Shown: positions 49,046 through 62,746, counted from the first letter of the whole stretch. The stretch is DNA of 63,950 bases, filler included, from Octopus bimaculoides (GCF_001194135.2; 6 parts of 4 records of this genome joined end to end with filler, not necessarily neighbours in it), one strand, 5' to 3'. Notes: generated from the letters alone by a model not told the origin. Numbers and translations: made by a program.

Positions 49046-49351
49046 GCGGAGATATGGAGACACAACAGGTGTCCTATTTTAAAGAGGCTTAGGTGCTTTC
49101 ATTTGCAAAGTTACGTGTTTACTTGTCTGTGCCAGAGCAGATGTGTATTTGCCTGCACGTGTGTTTGCGTGTATACGTGTTTATGCCACTGTGTATGAGG
49201 GTGTGTATGTATGATGGTGTGCTGCATATGTATGCGCATTAGCATACTATTATATAAATTTGAAAATAATAGTATTATCGATGTATATAAGTGCGTGTAG
49301 TAACAACAGCATACAGAGGTCTATACGAGCACACATACACGCATGTATATG

Positions 49352-49395
<44 letters not shown>

Positions 49396-49829
49396 CATGT
49401 ATGTATATACATATATCTATATAATATAAATATATATATATTTATATATATATGTTTATATATGTATATATATATATATAAATATATAAATATATATAGT
49501 ATGTATGCATATATGAATTTATATGCATATATTATATGAGTGCATGTGATTGTTGCAGACGCATACGTATACAAATACGTATCTACGTATTTGTAAACGC
49601 ATAGAAAGATAGAAAGATAGATAGATAGGTAGATAGATAGATATAGACAGAGGTAGTGTGATCAAGGGAGTGAGAGAAAAGGGAGGGACAAAGGGAGAAT
49701 ATAGAGAGGGAGAGAGAGAGAAAAGTTTCAACCATAAAAACACATTTTCTTCGTATAAATATAGTAAGAAAAATGAAAGTATCATTATTTTGAAACAAAC
49801 ATAATATGTCGTGTATCTACATGCACGTG

Positions 49830-49868
<39 letters not shown>

Positions 49869-50167
49869 CTGTATGTTGGACTGCACAAATAAATTTATGT
49901 ATCTGAGCCCATCTTAGTTTGTGTATTTTTCTAAGTATTATATGTTGATATACGTGTGCGTGTAAGTATTGTGTCTGTGTGTTTCTACTGTTTTTATCAG
50001 TATATGTATATGTATATGCATTCTTACATGCACGCATATATACACAAACATGCATATATACATATATATATATACATATGTATGTATAAATGAATTCATA
50101 TGTAAGTATATATTCATGCATTAATACACTACTAAGTATATGGATATGAATTATATATCTATATACA

Positions 50168-50204
<37 letters not shown>

Positions 50205-50205
<1 letters not shown>

Positions 50206-51325
50206 TCAAGCAGTAGTAACGTAGTGCGCCAACAGATGGCAGCACACGGTTGTGTGCGCAATAAGAGCTAGTAGTGATCTTAATGAGGCACCTGACCGAG
50301 TTGCATCACTGTGTTTACTTTGCAAGTTGTGAAATTTGTGTTTTTGTGATCACATCCATGCTGTAGTCTGCGATTTTGCCATAGACAGGAAGTTGGAACA
50401 AAGTGCCAACGTGAAATTTTGCGTTAAACTTAGGAAGTCTACTACACAGAGATTGAGCATACTTTGGTAAGCTTCAGGCGTGGGAGCAATGAGTCGTACG
50501 CAATGTTTCGCATGGTGTGGGTGCTTCAAAAGCAGGAGAACGTCCTTGGAAGACGATGAGCAGTCTAGAAGACCTACTACGAGCGTTACCCCGGAAATGT
50601 GGGAAAAATTCATCAGGTTGTGCATGAGGATCATCGGAGGATACTCATTGACATTGCTGGTGTTGTTGGTATGTCGTATTTGTGCAGGCAATCCTAACCT
50701 CTGAATTGAACATGCGGTGTGTATCTGTCAAATTTCTCCCCCCGCCTGCTGACCACGGAGTAGAAAGAACATCGCGTCGAAGTCTACCAAGATCTCCGTC
50801 GACGAGCTGTTGATGACCCGTCTTTCATGTCGAGGATCGTCACTGATGACAAAAATTGGGTCTACGGATATGATCTGAGACGAAGCAGTAGCCGTCACAA
50901 TAGCAGAAGGAGGACAGTCTGCGAAAAGACCGGATCTTTGGAGGACGAACAATTGGATTCTTTACGATGACAATAAACTCTGACACCGAGCACTCCTAAC
51001 TCGTGAGTTGTGGCCAAAAACATGGTGTTGCTTCCGCACCCGCCCTATTCGTCAGATTCAGCACTCGTGAACTTTCATCTCTTCCCTAAATTGAAAAGGC
51101 AGCTCAAAGGTCACCGTTTTAACACCATTGTGAAGATCATAACCGAATCGCAGAAGGTCCTCGATTCTCTCACGAAAAATGACTTCCAGGCCGGAAGTGG
51201 AAGGAACACTGAGATCAGTGTATTACTGCAAGGCCACTATTTCAAAAGAGATGATGTTAAAATTTAGTTTAATAAGTTATTGTTATTATACAAACTAGTC
51301 AGGGAACATTTTGACACTACTTTTG
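50205..51325 (+). mobile_element. Second mariner remnant (different subfamily)
   Basis: EQ.ANVKFCVKL, MSRTQCF.W..FK..RTSLEDDE, TDDKNWVYGYD and LPHPPYSSD.A.VNFHLFPKLK. A TIR-like end lies near 51298-51322. Confidence 0.88.
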
Positions 51326-51613
51326 TGTCTGTTTTTTTTTTTCTTTAAATAATTGGCAGAAGTTAGAGAGTGATTGAAGATTGTTGGGTGTGTTGACCCT
51401 TACGCACGAAACTCTTGGCCCTGGAGTAAATAAAAAAAATACAGACACATTTCTCATGTTTTGAATTCTATCTTCATGTTTTCGTCAACACACCTATATN
51501 NNNNNNNNNNNNNNNNNNNNNNNNNNNNNNNNNNNNNNNNNNNNNNNNNNNNNNNNNNNNNNNNNNNNNNNNNNNNNNNNNNNNNNNNNNNNNNNNNNNN
51601 NNNNNNNNNNNNN

Positions 51614-51652
<39 letters not shown>

Positions 51653-51774
51653 CGGAGGAAAAGAACACAGGAGAAAAACAACAACGCTAGGATGTAGCAA
51701 TACAAAGTATTAAGAGGCTCAGAAGTATATATAATAATACATACATGCATATTCGCGCGCGTGCGTATTTGTGT

Positions 51775-51848
<74 letters not shown>

Positions 51849-52102
51849 GCACGAACTACTATTATTTTCATGCATTAGAGACGTTACTTTAGGCAAGTTC
51901 TTATAACATTCCTTGTGCCTTCAAGTAACCTCCATGCTCTGAGAACAATACCTATTCAATTTACAAATAAGGACACTGGAACAAGAGAAATGACGAGAAA
52001 AATCGAGAAGAATGTAGATTCAAAAAATGGAAGGAGTGAAAAAAGCGGAGAAAGAAAAGAATAGGAAAAAGAAAGAAAAATTAGAGTTATATTCACTTTC
52101 AC

Positions 52103-52420
52103 CGTAAAGACGTAATAAAACTGGTTGCAGAATGATTTGACGAAAAGGGGCCCAAAGTCGGCTAGACAGCTGCTCGACCCGGAGAGGCTGTTGTCTTCCA
52201 GATCGCCAAAATAAATTTTCCATATGTCTGCATTTGCCGTAAATTTTTGATCTGGAATTCAGTGGTGCAGTGGAATTCTTAGAGTTAAAAAGAATATGCA
52301 GTCTTTCAGCTCTGCATAAGTTGCGTTTCTTAGATCTATTGACATATTACCATAAATTTCTCTACGATTTTCGACTTGATTGCATGTGGTGTGGAATTGG
52401 TCTTCAAGCCTCGTACGTGG
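52103..52420 (-). pseudogene. Candidate disabled host exon (106 codons, one in-frame TGA within an 18-nt insertion)
   Basis: TAG acceptor and GT donor bound a frame open except for TGA at 52261-52259, which lies between 8-bp direct repeats TGGAATTC. Product unknown. Confidence 0.3.
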
Positions 52421-54984
52421 CTAGCCAACTTAGTAGCTTTAATTTTGTCACTGTGTTGGAAAGAAGATAAGTGGTTTGCAAAACGTTCTATGAAATCACC
52501 TTCGCATAACCCGATGTGATTCTTTCGGCTAGGTTATCATGACGCGTTGCTGTGACAGATTTAATCTAACACGCTCGATCAAATTAACAAGCATAAAAAT
52601 CTCGGCAATTACAACTGCGAGTGGGCTTTTGGTGATGTTTATGAATGATTAAGTTTTTCGTGTTGAACAGCAGCTGTATGATATTTTAATCGAGAATCTA
52701 AGAAAAATTCTCCTGTATTTGTAACGCTTATCTGAGAGAGACAGAAGTTCTCTTGCCTACGTTAATTTTAACATTTAGTGAGAAAGTGGAGGCGAACCAA
52801 ATTATTTATTTTCTTATTAACAGACTGCTTCTTAAATCTAATGGTATTTCCTTATATTTTCCGATCTCTATCATGAGATCATTAATGGAGTCGTGATTAA
52901 TGTAAGCTATTCTTGCTAAAATAAAAATTACAAATTTTATTAACCATTTCTATTTCAAATGCCTTCCTAACAATAAAAATACAGTCAATTCTATTTGCTA
53001 TTTCAATTCCCGAAATAATTGCCGACTCAATGGTACTTGATTAACAATATCCTCAGTAAGTTGTGGTTAAATGCAACAAGGTATTAACAGAACGCCAACG
53101 AGTTATATTAGATTGGTAATATTGCTTCAAGGCTCGTTTACATCAAGATATCTATTCATTTAAGAAACAATTCAGAGATGGACAATGAGACTTTCTAAGC
53201 ATATTTGGTCTTAAAAAGTAACAACCCTGACAGTATTAATAATAGATTGTTAAATTCTTGGACAGGCCCTTCGATATGTACATGACAGATTTCTTTAAAA
53301 CATGTGCTGTAAATTATGCCTAGGTAAAAAATGATTAAAATTAGTTTAAGATATTCATATTGTAAACGAAAGATCTAAAAACTGAGGTTATGATTCAAAA
53401 TACTTTTATACTATGCGCCCCCAAATCGTTAATTTCTAGAATAATCCAAAAATTTTAGATTTATTTCGATTTTTTGGCATCTACTTTAAGAAATTTATGT
53501 TTTAAAGGCATCAAAAAAATGCTTTGTTATTTCCTTTGGACAGTTCATTCTGTATACACGCACGCAGTTATTTTTTATAATTATCGCACCGGTATTGCGA
53601 GATATCTATTCATATAAATATTTCTATCGTTTATTAAAACCACATTTTCTCTCCGCTAGCTGGCAAATTGCCTTCACTATTTTCAAAAAAATGTCACCGT
53701 TCCGCAATGTTTTTGGATTATTTTATTTTTTCTAACCAGAAATTGATACAGTATTTAAATATTCCCATCCACTTTCTTATATTCATATTTTCCCACGTGT
53801 CCTTTTGGTCGGGATCCCCAATATCGTCTGTAGTTTGGACATGAGGAAATTTGTGATGTTTCAGCTTCAAAGAGAATATTTAACTGTAGTTTCAGAATTG
53901 ACTTCTCACTTTAGCTGATTCTTCTTCACATTATGGGCTTATATTTGTCTATACTTACAAACATACAGATCCATAACCCAATCCCTACGTCCCAGTCATG
54001 TGTTTCTAGGAGATACCAAAGTAGTGGGGCATTTTGCAGACTGAAGTATGGTTACACCTTCGCTGACCCCGGATCGCTGTGGTAGCCTGAAGGCCTGTGA
54101 AGAACCTCGAAATAGTAAGCTCTGGTCTCGCCATTCGGACTGGCGTCAAAGCAATCCCTAAAAGATTTGGGTTTCGGTATCTCGACGCAGCACCATTGTT
54201 CAAAACCAGCTGTCTCCACCATATGATAAGCCGCTGAGGAGGCGTTGGAGTGAAGTGCGTGGGTATTAGGTACGCGAATTATTATCCACCCTGATAAGAA
54301 TTACAGGAACACGGCCCATCTAGACTCTGCACGATGCTATNNNNNNNNNNNNNNNNNNNNNNNNNNNNNNNNNNNNNNNNNNNNTTAATTAATTAANNNN
54401 NNNNNNNNNNNNNNNNNNNNNNNNNNNNNNNNNNNNNNNNAAGTTCCTGGATGAATATCTTCGACAAATTCCTCTTTAATCGAATGGGCAATGGTGCCTA
54501 AAAATAACTATGCAAATATACATTACTAAATGTCTTTTCCAGGTGGTGCTTTTACGTTAGCTATGGCCTGGGCCGATATGGCNNNNNNNNNNATGGCCTG
54601 GGCCGATATGGCCGAAACCTAAGTATGGAATAAATTGTTTACATTTTTGCATTAATAGGCATGCCATACATTATACAATACAATTCTATATTCACAAATC
54701 GTTGCAAATAAACAAAAGCTGGCAACTCTTTGAGCTGAATCGTGATGTTCCGGTGATCCAATGTGATGTTGGCCATTGTAACACAGGCGCCAAGAAGAAC
54801 AAGAGACAGCGTAGTTGTAGGGGGTGGCATCGACAGGAGGGTGGAACAAAGAGAGAGAGGGCAGGAGTAGTNNNNNNNNNNTGGAAACTTAACAGGAACA
54901 TAACCAGTATCAGAAGAGACTTAGATGTGGCTATTATACACTCCATTCTCTGTCACCTTTTATCTTCGTCTCTTTGACATTGAT

Positions 54985-55330
54985 TTCCTTGCTTGCGTAT
55001 GTTGGCTGGTCTTCCCAAGCACGGTGCTCGCCACAATTCGCGACCCTTTGTCGTCTCCTTTGATGGGTTCAACCTTTTTGGATCAATCTTCGCCATTTTG
55101 CCCCTGTTCTTTATCCGCAGGAGTTTGCATGAGTTTCATACACTTGTAGTGCTCACTACTACTTTTTATGCAACTTCCATGCTCCATATGCATCATATGT
55201 CCATACCAGTGTAGTCTTCTCGCGTTGCACAAAACCTATCTTATTTTTCTTTTAGCCAGAAATTTTCTCCGCTCACTTGTGCCTAGTCTTCGTGTATATT
55301 AACATTGCTCATTCGACCTTATTTCTTTCC
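54985..55330 (-). mobile_element. RTE LINE 3' end, degraded
   Basis: Frameshifted equivalents of RRL.WYGHMMHME.GSC.KK and DLKRLNLSKEMTKDREL, related to the element at 62.7 kb. Confidence 0.65.
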
Positions 55331-55949
55331 ATTCGCAAATCTTTCTTATTCGAATCCCTGTCTCCCAGTTATTCAGAATCGCATTTCGTTCACAAGACTT
55401 GTTTAATTTGAGAAGCCCTTTACTGACAGCAGAGGTATCAGCACCCTGAAATTTCCATCCCGTTCTCACTCACATCTCGCTGATTACATTCTAATGGAAA
55501 GTCAGAGGCTGAAGTGCGCCACGACCTCTACGGCGTATCCTTAAACTGGTGCAGCTCAAACTATAACACATTGGGGATCAACATCAAGCTAAGGATTCAA
55601 TGAGTAACCACAAGACCCAGAAAGACAATTCTGATGCCCTTATATCAATGGTANNNNNNNNNNTAACCACAAGACCCAGAAAGACAATTCTGATGCCCTT
55701 ATATCAATGGTAACTTTAGAGGCCTTGAGCAGAGAGACTAACAATATATTGAAGGCCGACAAAAGATTTTAAGGAGACTGCGAACACAAAAGATACTGAG
55801 TAAAGAAGTATAAAGAAGTAAAGGACTAATAAAACCAGCTAGAATTGGATANNNNNNNNNNNNNNNNNNNNNNNNNNNNNNNNNNNNNNNNNNNNNNNNN
55901 NNNNNNNNNNNNNNNNNNNNNNNNNNNNNNNNNNNNNNNNNNNNNAATA

Positions 55950-56700
55950 CACAGAGAGATAGGTAGGGCAGCACAAAGACAAGGTAGTGAGTTCAAGGCT
56001 CTAAGATTGGAAAGGCAGTATAGAAGAGTGGAAAAGGCCTTCACCATTATAACTCAAGAAATCTTCATAGTGTCTTCATAAATAAAACTTCAAAACAATG
56101 GAATATAAAGGATGATGAAACCCAAGTCATGGAAGTCATGAAGGACAACCTGAAATGGTGGAAGGTATTTATAAAGGGAAGATTCCATTGAGATGTAACT
56201 AAATCTGTAAAAGGCGTGAATGGCAGATAGACAAAATGCGAGTAACAGATTTCATTGCTTCCCAAGGTTGCAGGTAAGATATTACCCTAGCCTTCATCAG
56301 CCACACTAGTAAGGTCTTGATGAGAATTTTTCTGAAGAGCAAGAACAACAGACGAAAAACGGTTCGTAGATGTGCAGGTGACCTTTCGTAAAGGGGCCTT
56401 ATGGCAAAACCATGACAAAGCCAGGAAATATAATGTTCTAGTCATGCACAGTATTCATTGATTGTGTGAAAGACTGGCATTACACATTGTGGAAGATGTT
56501 GCAGATGATGGGGATGGAGATCTCAGCAGTCAAATTGTTACAAAGACCGTACATTACTCATCAGACAGTTGTTAGAATAAAACGCACGCTTACGGAAATG
56601 AGATCAAGAAAGAAATTCAGCAGGGGTGTCTGGTTTAACATCTGTTCTGACGAGACGATGAAGAGGTCTGGAAGATCTCGATAATGCATCAACAGCCTGT
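55950..56700 (+). mobile_element. RTE-BovB RT remnant
   Basis: LAFISHTSKVLMRI, VFID..K, TLWKMLQMMG and EIKKEIQQG motifs. Confidence 0.7.
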
Positions 56701-57399
56701 TGCTGNNNNNNNNNNNNNNNNNNGACAAAATCGCCGGTTGGTAATACGTAGACCAGTGGTGAAGCCAGCTCTCCCGCCAGACTTGCTTGGTCAGGAGGGC
56801 TGTTAGAACCTCAACACGATCTAAAAGTTATATGTCAGAAAGACAAACGAAACCAGCATGATTTCAACGACTTAGAAATTCCAAGTTAGTATTCAGCTTT
56901 AAGAATCAGGAACACTTTAGGATTTTCTAAAGTGTGTCTCTACATCGGACAGATGGTCTTGAAAGGATAAATTCGAGCACGTCTTTGAGAGGCGAAGGAT
57001 GAGGAAGTTAGCTCTGACAATAAACTGAATATGAAGAGAACACGAGATTCAAAGGCCCAAATTATCCCGAGAAGATTGTGAGGGCACAACAACTGTGTAA
57101 TATGATTGAAGGCAATACTGAATGTAAATATATATATATATATAATATACATTTATATATCCCCTAGCTAATGCTGTAGTAATTCAACGGTAGAACAGAA
57201 AATATAGGGATACTTTTGCTGAAATTCAACGTCGCCAACTCCATTTCATTCACAGTATTAAACATTTAAAGTCCAATCTCCGAATATAATACAGTTTGAA
57301 ACTGTATGACAGCACTTTCACGGTGTGTTCTATATGTTCCTTCNNNNNNNNNNTTTGAAACTGTATGACAGCACTTTCACGGTGTGTTCTATATGTTCC

Positions 57400-57640
57400 T
57401 TCACCAAAAAAATCTCTAGTCCATCTTCGTCGATTGCATCGCCTTTCAGTAACCGATCACATCCTCACAAAACCATTATATCGTCTGCACCATCAACAAA
57501 GTAGTTGATAAACTTCAGTCCTGTTCAGCTCTAGTCTTGGCTAGTAGATTTCTCACAGCTATGGTTTCAATGTCTTGCAATCCTACCGAAATGTGATTAA
57601 GGAAGCTAATTAATCGCCTGAATCTATCTCCAACATGTTT
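57400..57640 (-). mobile_element. Degraded RT fragment (RTE-like)
   Basis: INYF..GADDIMVL...GLEI segment. Confidence 0.4.
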
Positions 57641-58034
57641 NNNNNNNNNNNNNNNNNNNNNNNNNNNNNNNNNNNNNNNNNNNNNNNNNNNNNNNNNNNN
57701 NNNNNNNNNNNNNNNNNNNNNNNNNNNNNNNNNNNNNNNNNNNNNNNNNNNNNNNNNNNNNNNNNNNNNNNNNNNNNNNNNNNNNNNNNNNNNNNNNNNN
57801 NNNNNNNNNNACGCACGGATGTAACAATATTCTATCAGCATCTTATCTAAACTCAATACAGGTAGAGAAATTAATGATCTTTTCCCCTCATCAGCTCCAG
57901 ACAGCCCCTGGCTCTCCTGACAATTTCCATTTTTGCCTTCTCTTTTCACGCTCGCCCATTACAGCCCAGTTACTGTTTTTAGGTTTACTATATATTTTAT
58001 CTGTGTAAATTTTGAGTTTCTATTTTACTATAGT

Positions 58035-58433
58035 TATTCTGGTTGGCGTTAGGAAGGGCATCCAGCTGTAGAAACTCTGCCAAATCANNNNNNNNNNNNN
58101 NNNNNNNNNNNNNNNNNNNNNNNNNNNNNNNNNNNNNNNNNNNNNNNNNNNNNNNNNNNNNNNNNNNNNNNNNNNNNNNNNNNNNNNNNNNNNNNNNNNN
58201 NNNNNNNNNNNNNNNNNNNNNNNNNNNNNNNNNNNNNNNNNNNNNNNNNNNNNNNNNNNNNNNNNNNNNNNNNNNNNNNNNNNNATATAAAAAGCTTATA
58301 GTCTGTTTCAGATCCAATGTTATAAAGGTTTCCTTGTTGTAAATACATCATCTCAGGGAAGAGATTATCATACTTGTGACTCCTTAATATCATCATCATC
58401 ATCATCATCATCGTTTAACGTCCGCTTTCCATG
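58035..58433. mobile_element. RTE-associated 3' termini flanking gaps
   Basis: GGCGTTAGGAAGGGCATCCAGC (+) and (CAT)n-CGTTTAACGTCCGCTTTCCATG (a (GAT)n tail on the minus strand). Confidence 0.4.
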
Positions 58434-59840
58434 NNNNNNNNNNNNNNNNNNNNNNNNNNNNNNNNNNNNNNNNNNNNNNNNNNNNNNNNNNNNNNNNNNN
58501 NNNNNNNNNNNNNNNNNNNNNNNNNNNNNNNNNNNNNNNNNNNNNNNNNNNNNNNNNNNNNNNNNNNNNNNNNNNNNNNNNNNNNNNNNNNNNNNNNNNN
58601 NNNNNNNNNNNNNNNNNNNNNNNNNNNNNNNNNNNNNNNNNNNNNNNNNNNNNNNNNNNNNNNNNNNNNNNNNNNNNNNNNNNNNNNNNNNNNNNNNNNN
58701 NNNNNNNNNNNNNNNNNNNNNNNNNNNNNNNNNNNNNNNNNNNNNNNNNNNNNNNNNNNNNNNNNNNNNNNNNNNNNNNNNNNNNNNNNNNNNNNNNNNN
58801 NNNNNNNNNNNNNNNNNNNNNNNNNNNNNNNNNNNNNNNNNNNNNNNNNNNNNNNNNNNNNNNNNNNNNNNNNNNNNNNNNNNNNNNNNNNNNNNNNNNN
58901 NNNNNNNNNNNNNNNNNNNNNNNNNNNNNNNNNNNNNNNNNNNNNNNNNNNNNNNNNNNNNNNNNNNNNNNNNNNNNNNNNNNNNNNNNNNNNNNNNNNN
59001 NNNNNNNNNNNNNNNNNNNNNNNNNNNNNNNNNNNNNNNNNNNNNNNNNNNNNNNNNNNNNNNNNNNNNNNNNNNNNNNNNNNNNNNNNNNNNNNNNNNN
59101 NNNNNNNNNNNNNNNNNNNNNNNNNNNNNNNNNNNNNNNNNNNNNNNNNNNNNNNNNNNNNNNNNNNNNNNNNNNNNNNNNNNNNNNNNNNNNNNNNNNN
59201 NNNNNNNNNNNNNNNNNNNNNNNNNACACTATTTAAAAATCACTACGAATTTTTCGACACATTCTTACACCTTTAGTACAAAGGTGAGGTGCGCAATCAT
59301 TATTATAACATCCAAAGTGGTATAATGCACCTCCTCGAGTGATTGTTTAAATAAGGTCTTCATTAGATCATCTTGCCATTTTACTCAGTTTGATAATGCA
59401 TACCAAGAGAGATGTGTCGTACCCAGCAGCTTATAGACAAAAAGTAAGCAATTTAGACAGACAGGGAGGCAGACAGACAGATGGATGGATGGATGGATGG
59501 ATGGACGGACAGACATGCAAACGGAGGACGGACAGGGAGGGAGGGAGTGAGGGATGGTGAGTGGGAGGGACGTAGATAAACAGACAGACAGACAGACAGA
59601 TAGAGAGAAACTGAGGATGGACGAACGGACAGGTAGGTGGGTAGGGAGGTAGATAGGTGGGGAAGTAGGTAAGGAGGGAGGGTGGTAGACGAACGGACAG
59701 ATAGGTAGGTAGGGAGGGAGGTAGGAAGGTAGACTTGCAGNNNNNNNNNNNNNNNNNNNNNNNNNNNNNNNNNNNNNNNNNNNNTTAATTAATTAANNNN
59801 NNNNNNNNNNNNNNNNNNNNNNNNNNNNNNNNNNNNNNNN

Positions 59841-60150
59841 GTACCTCTCAATGGTTGACTGCGGACCGGGGAGGATGGCCATATGGAGGGAGATGAAGAC
59901 GGGGACTGCAGAGGAAATCACGGGAGTATTAAATGGGATATTCCTGGAACGAGGCCCTGTGGATGAGCTGCTGCTGGATAATGGCACTGCATTTCGCTCG
60001 GAGGTGCTGAAAGAAATGCTTGACGGGTGGCAGGTCAGCCGCTTCTTCAGGGCGGCATACCGGCCAAGTGGAAATGGAGTGGTGGAAAGGCATCATCGTA
60101 CCATCAAGACCATGGCAGAGAGGGGCCACATTTCGCCAATCGAGGCCGTA
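59841..60150 (+). mobile_element. Ty3/gypsy LTR retrotransposon integrase core fragment
   Basis: Uninterrupted frame VDCGP...ELLLDNGTAFRS...AYRPSGNGVVERHHRTIK (D,D35E). Bounded on the left by a gap. Confidence 0.85.
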
Positions 60151-60164
60151 AGTTGAATGAGACG

Positions 60165-61600
60165 GATGGGGCAAACCAAACAACATTCCAGTGGCTCTTA
60201 TTTTTGTGGGTGCTAGGGCCCAGCATATAGATGCGGTCCTTAAACCCACTATGCTAGTACCTTATTGTAATAGGGCATGTGGTGTCAAAGATTTATTGAC
60301 TTGAAGATAAGTCTGAGACCCTCTTGCTAACACCCTTCACTAGGTTCTTGAATATGACAGGAGTGGTGGAAGGAGGCTGTGTTGATGTATTGCATACCAA
60401 ACAGCCTCTTGTTTGGTATGCAGTAGGGCCTGTGTGTACTGCAGCCCAAGTCTAGAGTGACATCTAGGCAGTCCACAGTGGTGAGGTTGGTCTCAATAGT
60501 TATTTTGAGTCCCATGGAGCCTAGGGCACTAATCAGGTCCTTTCTAAGCATATCAAGTGTGTGCCCATTGGCTCCTCTAGAGATGGCCAGAGAATCATCT
60601 GTGTAGAGACTGAAGAGGACTGAAGGGAACTTCTTTCCTAAAGTGTCCACGATCGTAGGCTCCCATCTCCACACCGAAGGGACCCTTGCGGTCAAATTGC
60701 TTGACCCATGTCGAATCTTTATTAAGCAGCACCATTCTCCTGACTTGCATGATGACATCTATATCTCTATCGCTAATGTTTGTGAAGCCCTTAGTGAAGG
60801 TAAGTGCCTTGATCAGCAACCATTTCAATACGGACGGGTAAAATTCGACTATGTCAAATTGTGTGAACCTTGCTCTGTCCCTCCCCTGGTTGGCATTAAA
60901 TCATGAAGTCACCTCTTTAGTGGTGCACAATAGGGAGAGGCCAAATGCTCTCCCTATGTCACTGTTGATCTTCCTCAGTACATGTTTGCTTGCTTGACCA
61001 ATCTCAGATTTGGCCAGGTTGATCAGGTACCATTTAGGGTTAGAGGCAAAGTTTGGTTTGTGGTCTTTAATTGTGATAAAGGCATTTCTTTTGGCTAAAA
61101 TTTTTACTCTATCAGCTACACCTTAGCTAATTGCTATCTGTTTAGCTTCACTATTAATGTTGTTGCATGTGTTTGGGGAAGCATGCCTATATTATGTGTT
61201 ATGCAATTGTCTAAAACACTGCCATAAGTATATGCCTCTATCTTATATATGTTTTTAGTCTTGTCCAAGAAGAGTAAGGACCTGTCAGAGTTTTTTTAGT
61301 TGTATGTCTGTACAGAGTTTGCAGTGAAAATGGGAAGAGGGCTTATGGAATCTTAGCTTGAGAATGATGCCCTGTAGGTCCATTTCGAAGGTTTCATGTG
61401 TGGGAACCTCCTAGACTTGGCCTCAGAGGGTGGCATGCCTTGGTCATGGAAATATGCCTTCCACCCCATCCACTGTATGAGGTCTATCGTTTTCTCTAGC
61501 AGCATTTTTGCATAGACCCCTTTGGACAGTGCTGGAATATTCTTCGTGGAGTAACCAATGTCATAATGTTCCATGTTGTCTGAGAGTTTGTGGCAGTTGT
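60165..61600 (-). mobile_element. Penelope-like element, Naiad/Chlamys-type RT, degraded and lacking the GIY-YIG region
   Basis: YSTKNIP...LLEKT..LI..M.WKAYF, F.V.MGAYD, SLYTDDSLA, GLKITIETN...D.LDVTLDL and SGFK..NVVWFAP. Confidence 0.85.
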
Positions 61601-61779
61601 GAATATGTAGAAGTCTGAGGCATCAGTGCAGCGTTCAAACATAAACCATGGGGCAGCTTTCATAAGACACTCTGTGTCCAGGTCACAGGATGGATCGTCA
61701 GTGTATCATATATCCAAAAAAGAAGCACACTCTAAAGCATAGAGCCATAATGTATTTATATGCAGTTAAGTATATGTCC

Positions 61780-61980
61780 AGTCATAGAGTAACCAAGCAA
61801 TCCAACCCCGAGGGTTCCTATGATGTGACGATGGAAACCTATGACAGCACCGACATATGTGACCTCATTAGACTATACATTCTCGACACATTAGGAAAGA
61901 AGTTCCCTTCAGTCCTTTTCAGTCTCTACAGAGATGATACTCTGGCCCTCTAGAGGAACCAATGGGCACACACTTGATAG
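61780..61980 (+). mobile_element. Inverted partial copy of the same PLE RT
   Basis: YDVTMETYDSTDICDLIRLYILDTLGKKFPSVLFSLYRDD. The nucleotide sequence closely matches the reverse complement of about 60560-60645. Confidence 0.8.
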
Positions 61981-62400
61981 ACGGTATCAACCGCTGGGTA
62001 GGCTTGGGAAATGCTGGTTTATCTGAGAAAGAAGAAAAGGACCGACCAGGTTGGTAACCTGAGCGGAGTCTGAAGAGCTCATGGTTATATCAGAGAGAAC
62101 TATAGAAGAATTATAGGATTAATAGTTGTTATTAAAAGACAAAGGTGCTTTCCTAGCTGCTAGGATAATGTCAATGTCTGACAGAGAGAAAGGTACAAGT
62201 TTCCTTGCTAAGATATTGGCCTTATTTAATAGATATGAGGATATGGAAGCATAATAGCTTCAAATATTGAACTGAAGGAAGTGAGAGAGAGTGTAACCAA
62301 GTGATGACATCACCAGTACTGTTCCAATGGTTGGTCAATTATGCATTTGCTAATATGACCCAAATCTAGTACACACACACACATACATACATATATACAT

Positions 62401-62459
<59 letters not shown>

Positions 62460-62746
62460 ATCTTCAATCTTTAAATTGTTTCAATGACTTTTTNNNNNNN
62501 NNNNNNNNNNNNNNNNNNNNNNNNNNNNNNNNNNNNNNNNNNNNNNNNNNNNNNNNNNNNNNNNNNNNNNNNNNNNNNNNNNNNNNNNNNNNNNNNNNNN
62601 NNNNNNNNNNNNNNNNNNNNNNNNNNNNNNNNNNNNNNNNNNNNNNNNNNNNNNNNNNNNNNNNNNNNNNNNNNNNNNNNNNNNNNNNNNNNNNNNNNNN
62701 NNNNNNNNNNNNNNNNNNNNNNNNNNNNNNNNNNNNNNNNNNNNNN

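Noticed and set aside
53410-53750. Possible MITE from AATAATCCAAAAA / TTTTTGGATTATT
   Set aside because: Only a 13-bp AT-rich inverted match, with no definable termini or TSD.
54000-54340. GC-rich block and a 65-aa ORF as a gene
   Set aside because: No recognisable domain or splice structure. Probably an unclassified repeat fragment next to a gap.
54563-57402. Exact direct repeats either side of 10-N gaps (about 54573/54593, 55606/55664, 57294/57354)
   Set aside because: Identical copies flanking minimal gaps are unmerged contig overlaps.
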